DNA from: Eledone cirrhosa
Taxonomy: Eukaryota
Assembly (NCBI GenBank): GCA_964016885.1
Contig: OZ024741.1
Span: forward strand, 307,458,001 to 307,522,000
Direction: 5' to 3'
DNA length: 64,000 nt
Part shown: positions 15,396 to 28,326 of the stretch, one piece after another
Layout of the letters: the number at the start of each line of letters is the position of its first letter
Numbering within the stretch: position 1 is the first letter of the stretch
The notes under the pieces: generated by a model
Databases searched by the model: none
What the model saw: the letters and a program-made list of their open reading frames with translations, nothing else
Told to the model about the DNA's origin: nothing
Position numbers and translations under genes: made by a program

Positions 15396-15550
15396 ATAAC
15401 AAAGGCGGTGTGGTAAGATACCAGGTGGACCATAACACACCAGAGTACTGGATACTTAAAGTAGTAGAGTGGGTAATATGAAAAGAGTCAGGACCCCGAC
15501 GGCTGAGCTCCGGCCGTTTCGACAGCTAGATCTGAACTCAGTTCGGATAC
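15396..15550 (-). mobile_element. Family A element ending at the hairpin tip (no second arm)
   Basis: Homologous to 2991-3130 and 39022-39205. Ends in the small hairpin atctgaactcagttcggat. Confidence 0.75.
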
Positions 15551-15560
15551 ACGCACACAT

Positions 15561-15623
<63 letters not shown>

Positions 15624-16263
15624 AAATTTAATATAAAAATGGCTTCTACAGGACTAGAACTGTTTTATTTGAAAGAAATCGAGAGGGCATTTACTGGGGC
15701 GTTGAACAACGTAGTCTATGGCATTTGATCCAGCTCCATAAATTTCTGGGTGAGCCTATGACGATATTGTTACTATTTTATTTCGGCTTTTGACTTTACC
15801 TTTGTACAACATTGGCATACAAATTTCATACTTGACGACCCTATATCACTTATGTAAAAGAATGGAGGGATATAACGCTGATCAGGTTTAGGTATTGTGA
15901 GTGTGTCTTAACGTGTGTTTGAAACAGTGCAAGAGACAGAGAAAGGAGAGATTGAGAAGGAGAGAGAGAGAGGAAGAGAGGGAGAGAAAGAAAGTGACTT
16001 AAAAAGAAAGAGAAGGAATGAGATGGAACGAGCGATATCTAAAAATATATCAGGATAGTTATGTCCAGTGAAAATACTTATTAGCTTATCGGCTGGCGCC
16101 TGATCAAGATTTCATAATCGGCAGATATATGACTGATGTCCTCAGAAATTAACGATGCTTGGACAATAAGTAGAAATGAAAATGGACAATACATACAGAC
16201 ACACGCATAAATATATACATACAAATGCATATATATATATATATATATGCATATATATGTATG

Positions 16264-16325
<62 letters not shown>

Positions 16326-16344
16326 TTTATGCATATATATATGC

Positions 16345-16386
<42 letters not shown>

Positions 16387-16557
16387 ATTTAGGTATATCT
16401 ATTGTCACACTGCGTGATAAGGTGCAATTAATTATGACTGACCTTAATAACAACTTGACCAACATTCCCCTTCAGTCATTTAACCAAGTTAACTATACAT
16501 ACATATTCTTATGCACACACACACACACACACATACACGCACACACACATATACACG

Positions 16558-16653
<96 letters not shown>

Positions 16654-16749
16654 TGAGATTCTACAGGACTAGAAATGTTTCATATTAAAACTCTTATACT
16701 CTGCTATGTATTGAGTACCTTACTTACCTCCGATTCAACCCGGAATAAC

Positions 16750-16832
<83 letters not shown>

Positions 16833-17007
16833 GAGAGAGAGATATAGATATATATATACATCATGTGTAAGAATGAAGACAGAACTTTTTTAATGTTCAT
16901 TATTATATTTACTCATTGCTGGCCTTGTGCCTAAAGTAGAAACAATTATTATATTTACTTATATTTACCTATGTTTGTATACGTACAACTAACACATATG
17001 TATATCG

Positions 17008-17060
<53 letters not shown>

Positions 17061-17070
17061 GCTGTCTGTA

Positions 17071-17149
<79 letters not shown>

Positions 17150-17434
17150 TTGTATATCTATATATATATATATGTGTGTGTGTGTGTGGGTGGGTGTATA
17201 AATACAGTACATACATATAGTTCTTTAGTTTTAAAGCTTCTGCTACTGTTTTATGTTATTGGATTGTTGCCATGTTGTGGCACTGTTTCTGGGATGATTT
17301 GTCGTTTACATCCACCACTGAATATATTTTATAAACTCATACTTAATGATGAAAGGCGGAATCGAATTCAGAAAGTAAATGGTTGTATTTAAATATCACA
17401 AGATACTACCGATGCTATTATATATGCGATTATA

Positions 17435-17740
17435 GGGCGGTAAAATAAAGTACCAGTCACGAACTGGGATCGATTTAATCGACGTTCCCCTCCCCCAAAA
17501 TTGCTGGCTTTATGCCTTTATAAGAAACCATTATATATGCGATTATAAGGGCGGTGGATTGGCAATAGCGTTAGAGAGCCGGACGCCATGCTTTGCATCA
17601 TAGAGTTACTCTCCTTTGCGATCTGAGTTCAAATCCCGCCGAGGTTAGCTTTGCCTTTCATCCTTACGGGTTCGATAAAATAAAGCACCAGTAATACACT
17701 GAGGTAATTGCTGACCTTGTGCCCAAAGTCGAAATAATTA
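17435..17740 (+). mobile_element. Two adjacent SINEs (5'-truncated copy inserted at the head of a full-length family 1 copy)
   Basis: Direct repeat attatatatgcgattata(a)gggcggt at ~17417 and ~17530 flanks the truncated copy. Full SINE at 17549-17740. Confidence 0.8.
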
Positions 17741-18239
17741 TTATTAATATTCGAAAAGCTGAGGAATTCCCGGTGTAAGTTCATTTCAATGGAGTTTCTT
17801 TGGGCGATAGTTTCACAAGCGGTGCCCAGCTGTAGCTATATGCACTTTAAGCTAGTGTAATCCAAGCATTACATCAGTTATAGCGCTGAGCTCTCGCTTT
17901 CACACCCAACCCAATTTGGTGGTGCCATTGACGCGACAGGGAGACATGGAAAGGTATTTGACCTGCAGACGTTATATCAGCCATTTTGTAGGCCAGCAAG
18001 AGCTCATCCCACTGCCCAGTTCAGACATACCGACCCTCGTCATAGACATACCCCACCATTGCGGCGCGTGAAATGACATTAGACACTGCATTGTGTTGTT
18101 TTACTGTGAGAGGGAGTAATTGAGGAGTAAATATCTACTCAGCTGTCAAGATTTAGCGTTAGCATGGCACGACATGTCCACGGGTGCATAGATATACTAG
18201 GAGGCACAGATGACAGGGCTGGAGGAGCAGTAGTTTGAA

Positions 18240-18960
18240 TATTGTTGTTGTTGGTGGTGGTGGTGGTGGTGTTGGTGGTCGTGGTGGTGGTGTTGGTGGT
18301 CGTGGTGGTGGTGTTGTTGTTGTTGGTGGTGGTGGTGTTGGTGGTGGGGGTAGTAGTATAGGCTGTCGTGAATGTGATTGTGGTGTTGGCAGTGGTGGTG
18401 TTGGTGCTAGTGATAGTGGTGTGGGCTGCGGTGAATGTGATTGTGGTGTTGGCAGTGGTGGTGTGTGGTGTTGGTAGTAGTATAGGCTGTGGTGAACGTG
18501 ATTGTGGTCTTGGTAAGTAGTGGTGTGTGGTTGTAGTGACTGTGATGTGTTGCTGGCGTTGGTTATGGTAATTTTTATTGTGGTTGGTGTGGATGTTGTG
18601 GTTGGTGTGGATGTTGTTGTTGGTGGTGTTGATTGTGGTGGTAGGGGCCTAGGTTGGTGGTGGCAGCAATGGTAAGTGAAGACAGGGTGGTGTTATTAAT
18701 AGTGTTGATGGAGGGGGTGATTTGATGAGGGTGATGGTTGTTTTGTTGTTAGTTGTAGTTGTTGTGAATGTGGCGATGTTGTTATTTTGGTGGTATTGGT
18801 AGTAGTAGTGGTGGTTTTGAGGGTAGTGGTGGAAGTATTGTTCGCTGTGGTGGTAGTTTTTCTGTTGTGTTAGTGTCAAGGATTATTGTTGTTGGTGGTG
18901 ATTGTGGTTGTGGTTGTGAATATTGTATTGTGACGGCGCTGGGTACGTTGGTTGGGGAGA
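18240..18960. repeat. Degenerate (GGT/GTT/AGT)n low-complexity tract
   Basis: Directly visible. Confidence 0.85.
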
Positions 18961-18980
18961 TCATTATTGTAATAGGAGGA

Positions 18981-19166
18981 GGGCGGTGAATTGGCAGTAT
19001 CGGTAGAGGCTTGGACGCCATGCTTTCTAGCATAGTTACGTACCTTTCCATTCTGAGTTCAAATCCTGCCGAGGTTAACTTTGCCTTTCATCCTTACGGG
19101 GTCGATAAAATAAAGTACCAGTAATGTACTGGGTAATTGCTGGCCTTGTGCCTAAAGTAGAAACAA
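18981..19166 (+). mobile_element. tRNA-derived SINE (family 1), full length
   Basis: Same sequence as 4448-4632. TSD attattgtaataggag at ~18963 and ~19166. Confidence 0.9.
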
Positions 19167-20232
19167 TTATTGTAATAGGAGAGGGTGTTAGTGGTAGTAC
19201 AATATGGTGAGAGTCGTGAGGGTGGTGTTGATGGTGGTAATGGTGGTAGTTTTGCTTGTCGGCATAGGTGGTTGTTGACGGTAGTGGTGGTGGTGGTTTT
19301 TTCTTGTTTCTTTTCTTTTGTGTTACCTCAGCTCAACCCTGATTGAGCAGACCTATGATGAAGTGCTTATTGCAGCCGAGATGTGCCATCACTACAAGTT
19401 ATTAAGAATTCACTTGCAACCTGTCGCTGGGTTCTAAAAATGGGTTCTCACTACTAATTTAGCAATTATATTGTTGGTTTAGGTTGTATTATAGCTAGTG
19501 TTGAAGGCTGAGTTTAAGGAGGGGAAGCGTCGTGGATGTGGAGATATTGGTGGGTTACACAGGTAGAAAACGTGCATCATACAAAGAGTTTTTCATTTTT
19601 GCATGCATGATACTGTAACTCCTGAGGGAATCGCAGAGGCGCCGTATTGACAGATAGTCGGTCTTGGGCATTTTTAAAACCTTCTGGACCCATATCCTCT
19701 CCAGACCTGAGTACAGCAGATTTCTTCTAGAGAAGGATAGAGAGTGAGAGAATGGAAGTGAGAAAGATATATAATGAAAGAATCGACCCCCCCCCCCCCC
19801 ATATTAGACTGGTTCTTTTTTTATCGACCTCGAACAGATGAAAGGCAAAGTTGACCTCGGTGAGAACAGAGAGCAGGAACGAATTCCATATCCGATATTC
19901 TAACGGATCTGTCAATTCGCCGGAGTAGAATTTAGTTATTCGATTGAACCAGACGATTCACCCTAACACTATACATACTCATACCTACATAAATACAAGC
20001 TATCATAACCACCACTACCACCAGAAACACCCTTTATCATCAACAACAAAACCAACTACAAAGACAACAACTCTATTTAGGTCAATGAGTGAGCCACTGA
20101 GATGTTACTTGACCTGCAAGAGATAGCAGTCAAATCTCCCCTAAATGACGGCCCAAATGTCCTTAAAATAAAAGAAAAACACACTAGATAATGCTTCTGA
20201 AACGCGAAGACGTGATTGTTACGGCTAGAATA

Positions 20233-20264
<32 letters not shown>

Positions 20265-20302
20265 CACTACTGCTGCTGCTGCTGCTGCTCCTCCTCCTCC
20301 TC

Positions 20303-20349
<47 letters not shown>

Positions 20350-20719
20350 ACTACTACTACTACTACTACTACTACAATTATTTTATTTTCCTAAAAAACA
20401 CCAATTATAAGGGCTACAATGTGCCCCTCCTGAGCGTTTGACCTTTACATTTTAGATCCAATTTTCCAAAGGGCTTAATTTAGGGATGGATATCTATCAC
20501 TTAGATCCAACAACTAGATATATCAGCCAAATCTCTTTCAAATCAAAGCATTTAAAAAATAAAGACGTTGTATAACTTGACCTACTTGAGGGAAAGTTAG
20601 TTCGCCCCCCATCCTTAGGAAACAAGCCCCTATTTCAGAATTTACGTTTAAGATTTATGGCTGGGATCATTCAGCACACCGATTAACAAGGAGCAATACA
20701 TTTCTTCTCTCTTACTATC

Positions 20720-21008
20720 TACATTTCACTAAAGTCTGCCTCAAGTCAGAGGGTTCGTTGAGCCGGTGCTTATCCCGGTTTCGCGGCGTGAAGCGACTGA
20801 GTGTACAATACTTCCCCTGTACAGAACGCCAGTCCATCGCCCAGTTAAATCCCCAGCTATTTCTGGTACTCATTTTCAGTTGAGTATACTGGAGCAACAT
20901 GAAATGAAGTGTTTTGCTCATGAACATAACACGCAACCCAGCCCAGGAATCGAACCCATGACAATATGATCTTTAGTCCAACACCCTTACCACCAGGCTA
21001 CGCGTCTC
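20720..21008 (-). mobile_element. tRNA-derived SINE (family 2-related)
   Basis: Minus strand shows gtagcctggtggtaagg...gggttcgattcctgg (A/B boxes) and the atgaagtgttttgctca core. Confidence 0.65.
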
Positions 21009-21747
21009 TTTTACTAGCTATAATACAACTTTCTTCTCTCAGTTTTGAGAAGTTTATACTGTGCTACATTTTAAACATATATATCTAAGATCTCTATACA
21101 GTTATAAGGTAGAGAATTGGCAGAGTCGTTTGAACGTGCGATAGAATTCTTTGTGGTATTCTTTCCGACTCTCTGAGGTCAGCTTTGCTCTTTATCCATT
21201 CAATTTCGATAAAAAAAAGTACCAGTCTAGTATTGGGGTCGATGGTTCCTCTATATCTCTTTTTCATTTCTTTTCTATCTTTTTCTGAAAGAAATCTTCT
21301 GTACTCAGGCCAGGAGAGGGATGGACACCGCCAAGCATAAAATGCAAAAGTAAAAAAAAAACGTCGTATATCAATGAGGCGCCCCTACGATTCTATCCAT
21401 AAATTTTGTGATATATATTAGGCGTTGTCATAATCATATCTTGGTACTTATCGTATATCTAACCTTTTGTTGTTTCATTTTCCATCTCTTTCTCCTCTAT
21501 TCTTATATTTTCTCATTAACTTTATCCTATTTTCCCTTTATAGTTTTGTTTTCTCTTTATGTATTTTCTTTATGTATAGTATTTGTGTGTTATTTACATC
21601 GTCCTCAGTCTATCTTCAACCTTTCTTTTTAACCTTGATTCTCACTTATGCCTGTTCCCTTATTATATGTTGTATAGGAAGTAGGTTGGTTCTATTATCA
21701 CTACTACTACTACTACTACTACCGCCACCACCACCGCCACCACCACC

Positions 21748-21779
<32 letters not shown>

Positions 21780-21795
21780 CGCCGCCACCACCACC

Positions 21796-21867
<72 letters not shown>

Positions 21868-22539
21868 GATACCGATCCCTACTTCCTCCTATTTAACTGA
21901 GATGTTGGTGTTACAACTTTAACTCTTGTGGGGATAGTTAACTCCATTTCCCCCTACCACCGCAATCAAAATTTGGCCCTCTTTTGCTAAAGAATTTACA
22001 AATGATCTGATACCAGAATGAGTTGACGATCTCAGACCTTGGCACCACTGGGGCGCTCAGGGAAGCTAGGAGGATGTAGGGTTAGAACTATCTTCAACCA
22101 AAAACTGCGTGTCGTTTAAAAGCCATCTGTGTTGATGCGGTGATGTTATTTGTACTAATTCATGCCCTCAAAACTTTGAAGGAACAGTATCAATATTTCG
22201 CCCGTGGCATATCAATGAATGGAAACAGCATGAGTAATTTTATCTATATTTTTCCTCTTGTCATCTTATTCATGCAATTTTTATTCATGTAACTTTTTGT
22301 TCACTAATAGCTTTCTGATAAGGTCGTAACAGTTACGTAGCAGTTACTATCGAAATACGTCTAACAGCAATTGTGTAACAAGTAAATTTCGACCTACTGA
22401 CTTCTACTTCATATATATATATACACACACAAAATAAATTCACTGTTAATGGCTATCATTGTAAGAAAGGATATTCAGTTCATGAAGGAAGTATATATAT
22501 TTATATGTCTATTGCAAAAGAAAGTTGAAACAGCCATGG

Positions 22540-23680
22540 AGCTGAAGGCTAGATTTGAAACAAAATCACAGCGCACAGCCTATAAAAAGAACACGAGAGA
22601 TTTCAGAAATGATAAAGACGCGTGGTTACGAAGAGGATATCTGAAGAAGGGAACAGAATGTTGGATTATGGCAGCCAAGACCAGGCGATAAGGACAAATT
22701 GGATCAAATTTAATTTGGATAAGGTAGTCACATCACAACTTTGTAGAATGTATGGAATAGTGAGGAAGACAATTAGGCATATTGTATTAGAATGCTCAGA
22801 ATAGGCTCAGAATGAATATAAAAAAAAGACATGAAAAAGTGGCAGCAGTAATACATTGGCGCCAAAGATTTTGGCTTTAGTTGTAGAGGCTAAGATCTTT
22901 GATATTAACATCCTACCAGTTGTGTTATATGGTCTTGGCTGTGTTGATTGGACGACAAGTTCACTTCAGAAGCTCTCTACATTCCAGAACCACATCATGA
23001 GACTTATGACTGGCAAGCGGCTCAGCGACCGTATCTGTATCAGTGAGCTGCTCAACATTACCAAACTGAGACCAATTACATCAATTGTCAAGTCAAGAGT
23101 ACTCAAATTATACGGTCATCTAAAACGATCAACTCGTGGTGTGAGTAAGTTATGCCTGGAAGGAAGAAGCAGAAGCCGGCAGCCAAAACGATGGCTTGAC
23201 AATGTCAACTTATGGACAGGAATTGATCTTTGCTCCTTGAACTCTGCTGCTGGTGATCGAACTTTGTAGAGAAAAATATATCATGTTGATGCGCAGTCTG
23301 CAACTGGCGGAGTTTAGCGTCACAAGATGAAGAGAAACGGTATGAACACTTGGTGACAAAAGCGATGAAATTGGAAAATAATAAAGGCAAATTTCTATGA
23401 GATATTACAATATATACGGAAACAAAGATTGATCACAACAAACCAGATATAGTGTCGATAATCAAGAAAGAACAGAAGTGCTTTATTGTAGATATATTTT
23501 TGACACGGGAATAAGGGAATAAAGGATAGAGAAAAGAAGAAAATCTACCTACAATGATTACAAATATGAAATTTTGAAAGAAGTCAAGAGTGATGTATCT
23601 AAGGTAATATTAACAGTGATAGTTATTAGAAAACTAGGATATCTAACAGACAAACTTGCTAAAAATAAATGCATCAAATT
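22540..23680 (+). mobile_element. R4/Dong-like RLE non-LTR retrotransposon 3' remnant (copy 1)
   Basis: AWLRRGYLKK.TE..IMAA/QDQAIRTNWIK, degenerate zinc knuckle CRM..G...TIRHIVLEC, and RLE-like HNKPDIV...IVD. Frameshifted. Confidence 0.75.
22889..23334 (+). mobile_element. 5'-truncated RTE-like LINE fragment nested in the R4-like element (copy 1)
   Basis: LPVVLYG..C..W, LKLYGHLKR and SRQPKRWLDNV motifs. It splits the host sequence between ...ttgtagag and aaacggtatgaacac. Confidence 0.7.
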
Positions 23681-23744
23681 GGATAAAATAAAGTACCAGT
23701 AATGCACTGGGTAATTGCTGGCCTTGTGCCTAAAGTAGAAACAA

Positions 23745-25550
23745 TTATTTCAAAAAGTTCCTGGGAGCATAATCTACACTCATATCTGTTATTTTGATAA
23801 GGGGTGGCCCTTTTGAGCACACTCCAGGTCAGGTTGTAATCGATATTCTTTTTTCTATAATTATTAATTATTTCAGCCAAGGATGTATTAGCTAATGCGG
23901 CATTTTTAAAACTATGTTTGTGGGTATTAAATATTACTTTAAATTGGTTAGACGTAGCTCCTATATATGAATAATTTGAGTCCTTAGTGCTAATTTTACA
24001 TTTATATACTTTATTATAAGACAATTTCCCTTTAATGAGCAATTTCTTTGTTTCTACAGTTACAACCATTTGTGAATATTATATCAGGGGTGTTAGTCAA
24101 ATTTGGTGTGGAATTTACTTGACTTGTTATATGTGAAGGAGATGGTGGTTTGTTGCGGTTTATTTTAGTATTATGGTTGGTTTGATGTGTTGGTGGTATA
24201 TTCGTGTTTTTTTTTACATTTATATGCATTGTACGCACTTATATTTTGTTGTATATTTTTGGCAGTGGAGTAGGAAAATTTGACAGTTGATCTATTTAAA
24301 ATTTGATGGTATTTATGGTTTGGCGGGAAGTTTTTCTCTAGGATAGTAAACATTTTTTAGGGATGTTATCTTTAATTTGTAGATTAAATGGAGCATTATA
24401 CCAAGTAACTCGTCTACTACGGTTTCGATGTTGTTTTTATATTTATACGATGTATCAGAATGTTTACTAAGAGAGTTAGTATTAGTGAGTTTATTATATA
24501 TAGGTTTAGTTAGATTAACTGATTTAGGTGTTTTAGTCTGATTATTAGGAATTTTGTTAGTAATTGGAGTATTAGGATGAATGGTGTTTTGAAAGTTATT
24601 ATATTTTATGTTTTAGGTTGGTATTTTTGGGTGTACTGTGAGTAGCATTTAGGTGTGTGTTTTTCATTTGGTGTTTGTTGGTAATATTGGGTTGTATGTT
24701 TGAAGTATTATTGGTGCAAGGTATATAGACGAATTTGTTTTTGTGGCCGCTTCTAGCTAAAGCTTCGTTATAAAAGGTCGCATTTTTATCGAATATATCC
24801 TGGTTAGATGAAAGGTTAGACATTCTGAGTGAGATATTATATGCTAGGTTTTTAAGGATAGATCTAAGGTGATTGGATTGTGAGTGTATGTAATGTAAGT
24901 TTTGGTTAGGTTTATGGTAAGGTTGGTAGATACCCGTAGATAAGTCTAAAGTTATATCTAGGAAATTAACTATTTTACTGGTGTTTTCAAATGTAATAGT
25001 GAGACTATAATAGTCTTTGAGGAAAGTTCTAATAAGTTTTTTATTTTTTTCAATTTCTGATAGGCTAAGTTTAGTGGAAATATGAAGACAGTCATCACGA
25101 TATAAACCACCTTTAAGGTGGGGAAAAGAAGAATTTATGTTAAATAGAAGAAAGAGGCACACAAGATCGGTAATTTGGGCAGAATCACTAGAGCCCATAG
25201 TAATGTCGAATAGATTACTATTTGTATTTCTAGTCCAGTATTCCTTCTGAAAATCCAGTAGTGTTTGTCTAGCGTGCGTGATAATATTAATGTCATCCAT
25301 AATCTATTTTTGGCAAATATCAGGGCTTTGTTTAGGAGTATGGGTGACATAGAGGGATAATAAGCATTTATATCAAATTGTAGAAATGAAGCAGATGATT
25401 TATTTCTAATATTAGTAAACCAGTTAATTACTTGGGATGTGTTTTCCCAGAGTGGTAAATTAACATGTTTCCTTAATTGTGGGATGACTCTGTCTAAAAT
25501 ATTTTTACTAATGATGCCAATGTCAGATTTGGAAGGGCATATAAGTTTTA
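23745..25550 (-). mobile_element. Penelope-like element remnant (copy 1; 3' part deleted)
   Basis: FLQFDINAYYPS, FDITMGSSDSAQITDLV, GLYRDD, VNFLDITLDL, PYHKPN and GIY-YIG VYKC...YIGAT. Confidence 0.9.
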
Positions 25551-25551
25551 G

Positions 25552-25639
25552 AGAAGAAGAAGAAGAAGAAGAAGAAGAAGAAGAAGAAGAAGAAGAAGAA
25601 GAAGAAGAAGAAGAAGAAGAAGAAGAAGAAGAAGAAGAA
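25552..25639. repeat. (GAA)n microsatellite at the PLE 5' truncation point (also 31537-31638 and 37541-37652)
   Basis: Directly visible. Confidence 0.95.
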
Positions 25640-25721
25640 TCCCAGCGGCGAGCCCAGGTGTTTTAACTATCCGCTATGTATCTCACAATACGGCAGACAC
25701 ACACACTATATATATATATAT

Positions 25722-25922
25722 ATAACAAATGAATTGTGGTAAGGAAACAGATGGACCATAACGCACCAGAGTACTCAATACTTAGGGTAGTAGAATGGGA
25801 AATAGGAGAAAGTATGCTCCCAACGGCAGAGCTCAAGCCGTTTCGAGGGCTATTTCTGGACTCCAGAGTCCAGAAATACCCGTCGAAACGGCTTGACCTC
25901 TGCCGTCGGGGTCATACTTTTT

Positions 25923-25927
<5 letters not shown>
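25722..25927 (-). mobile_element. Family A foldback element (also 31721-31926 and 37730-37934)
   Basis: Inverted arms centred on ctggactccagagtccag, ~80-bp tail, (TA)n flanks. Confidence 0.8.
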
Positions 25928-26007
<80 letters not shown>

Positions 26008-26364
26008 TTGTGTATGTGTGTGTGTCTGTCTGCGTGTTTGTGTACATGCATATTTAACTGCATGTGTGTGCGACATCCGTATTGTTGCATTTATTTGCAT
26101 TGTCCATTAGACTAGGTGAACACCAGCTTTTCTTTTTAACTTACAGAGCATATGTTGCATCGGAACGCTATTCATATGCATTTAATGTGTGCATTGTGTT
26201 AGCTACGAAAAAAGAACACATGGTAGCAAATGGGAATCAACTCTGTTGCAAGCATTGTTTCCTATTGCAATATGCATGAATAAACATGCATGAGACTGCA
26301 GCAACTGCATATAACAGCACATAACAATAATAGCAACGGCAATAACAATAATAATAATAAATTA

Positions 26365-26431
<67 letters not shown>

Positions 26432-27009
26432 GCAATCAAAATTTGGCCCTCTTTTGCTAAAGAATTTACAAATGATCTGATACCATAATGAGTTGACGAT
26501 CTCAGACATTGGCACCACTGAGGCACTCAGGGAAGCTAGGAGGATGTAGGGTTAGAACTATCTTCAACCAAAAACTGCGTGTCGTTTAAAAGCCATCTGT
26601 GTTGATGCGGTGATGTTATTTGTACTAATTCATGCCCTCAAAACTTTGAAGGAACACTATCAATATTTCGCCCGTGGCATATCAATGAATGGAAACAGCA
26701 TGAGTAATTTTATCTATATTTTTCCTCTTGTCATCTTATTCATGCAATTTTTGTTCATGTAACTTTTTGTTCACTAATAGCTTTCTGATAAGGTCGTAAC
26801 AGTTACATAGCAGTTACTATCGAAATACGTCTAACAGCAATTGTGTAACAAGTAAATTTCGACCTACTGACTTCTACTTCATATATATATATACACACAC
26901 AAAATAAATTCACTGTTAATGGCTATCATTGTAAGAAAGGATATTCAGTTCATGAAGGAAGTATATATATTTATATGTCTATTGCAAAAGAAAGTCGAAA
27001 CAGCCATGG

Positions 27010-28240
27010 AGCTGAAGGCTAGATTTGAAACAAAATCACAGCGCACAGCCTATAAAAAGAACACGAGAGATTTCAGAAATGATAAAGACGCGTGGTTACG
27101 AAGAGGATATCTGAAGAAGGGAACAGAATGTTGGATTATGGAAGCCAAGACCAGGCGATAAGGACAAATTGGATCAAATTTAATTTGGATAAGGTAGTCA
27201 CATCACAACTTTGTAGAATGTATGGAATAGTGAGTAAGACAATTAGGCATATTGTATTAGAATGCTCAGAATAGGCTCAGAATGAATATAAAAAAAAGAC
27301 ATGAAAAAGTGGCAGCAGTAATACATTGGCGCTAAAGATTTTGGCTTTAGTTGTAGAGGCTAAGATCTTTGATATTAACATCCTACCAGTTGTGTTATAT
27401 GGTCTTGACTGTGTTGATTGGACGACAAGTTCACTTCAGAAGCTCTCTACATTCCAGAACCACATCATGAGACTTATGACTGGCAAGCGGCTCAGCGACC
27501 GTATCTGTATCAGTGAGATGCTCAACATTACCAAACTGTGACCAATTACCTCAATTGTCAAGTCAAATTATACGGTCATCTAAAACAATCAACTCGTGGT
27601 GTGAGTAAGTTATGCCTGGAAGGAGGAAGCAGAAGCCGGCAGCCAAAACGATGGCTTGACAATGTCAACTTATGGACAAGAATTGATCTTTGCTCCTTGA
27701 ACTCTGCTGCTGGTGATCGAACTTTGTAGAGAAAAATATATCATGTTGATGCGCAGTCTGCAACTGGCGGAGTTTAGCGTCACAAGATGAAGAGAAACGG
27801 TATGAACACTTGGTGACAAAAGCGATGAAATTGGAAAATAATAAAGGCAAATTTCTATGAGATATTACAATATATACGGAAACAAAGATTGATCACAACA
27901 AACCAGATATAGTGTTGATAATCAAGAAAGAACAGAAGTACTTTATTGTGGATATAGCCAGCCTTTTTGACACGGGAATAAAGGATAGAGAAAAGAAGAA
28001 AATCTACCTACAATGATTACAAATATGAAATTTTGAAAGAAGTCAAGAGTGATGTATCTAAGGTAATATTAATAGTGATAGTTATTAGAAAACTAGGATA
28101 TCTAACAGACAAACTTGTTAAAAATAAATGCATCAAATTGGATATCATTTTGGTATATAGCCTGTACAAGAAGAATGCCTGCTTGGCATTGCCAGGATAA
28201 TCAGAAATGTGATGCGAAAAAAAAGTGTAACGATAGTGGT
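27010..28240 (+). mobile_element. R4/Dong-like remnant with nested RTE fragment (copy 2)
   Basis: Duplicate of 22540-23680, extending further 3' (...ACTRRMPAWHCQDNQKC region). Confidence 0.75.
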
Positions 28241-28241
28241 G

Positions 28242-28319
<78 letters not shown>

Positions 28320-28326
<7 letters not shown>

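Noticed and set aside
17760-18230. GC-richer unique patch as an exon or LINE piece
   Set aside because: No long ORF or motif that I can identify.
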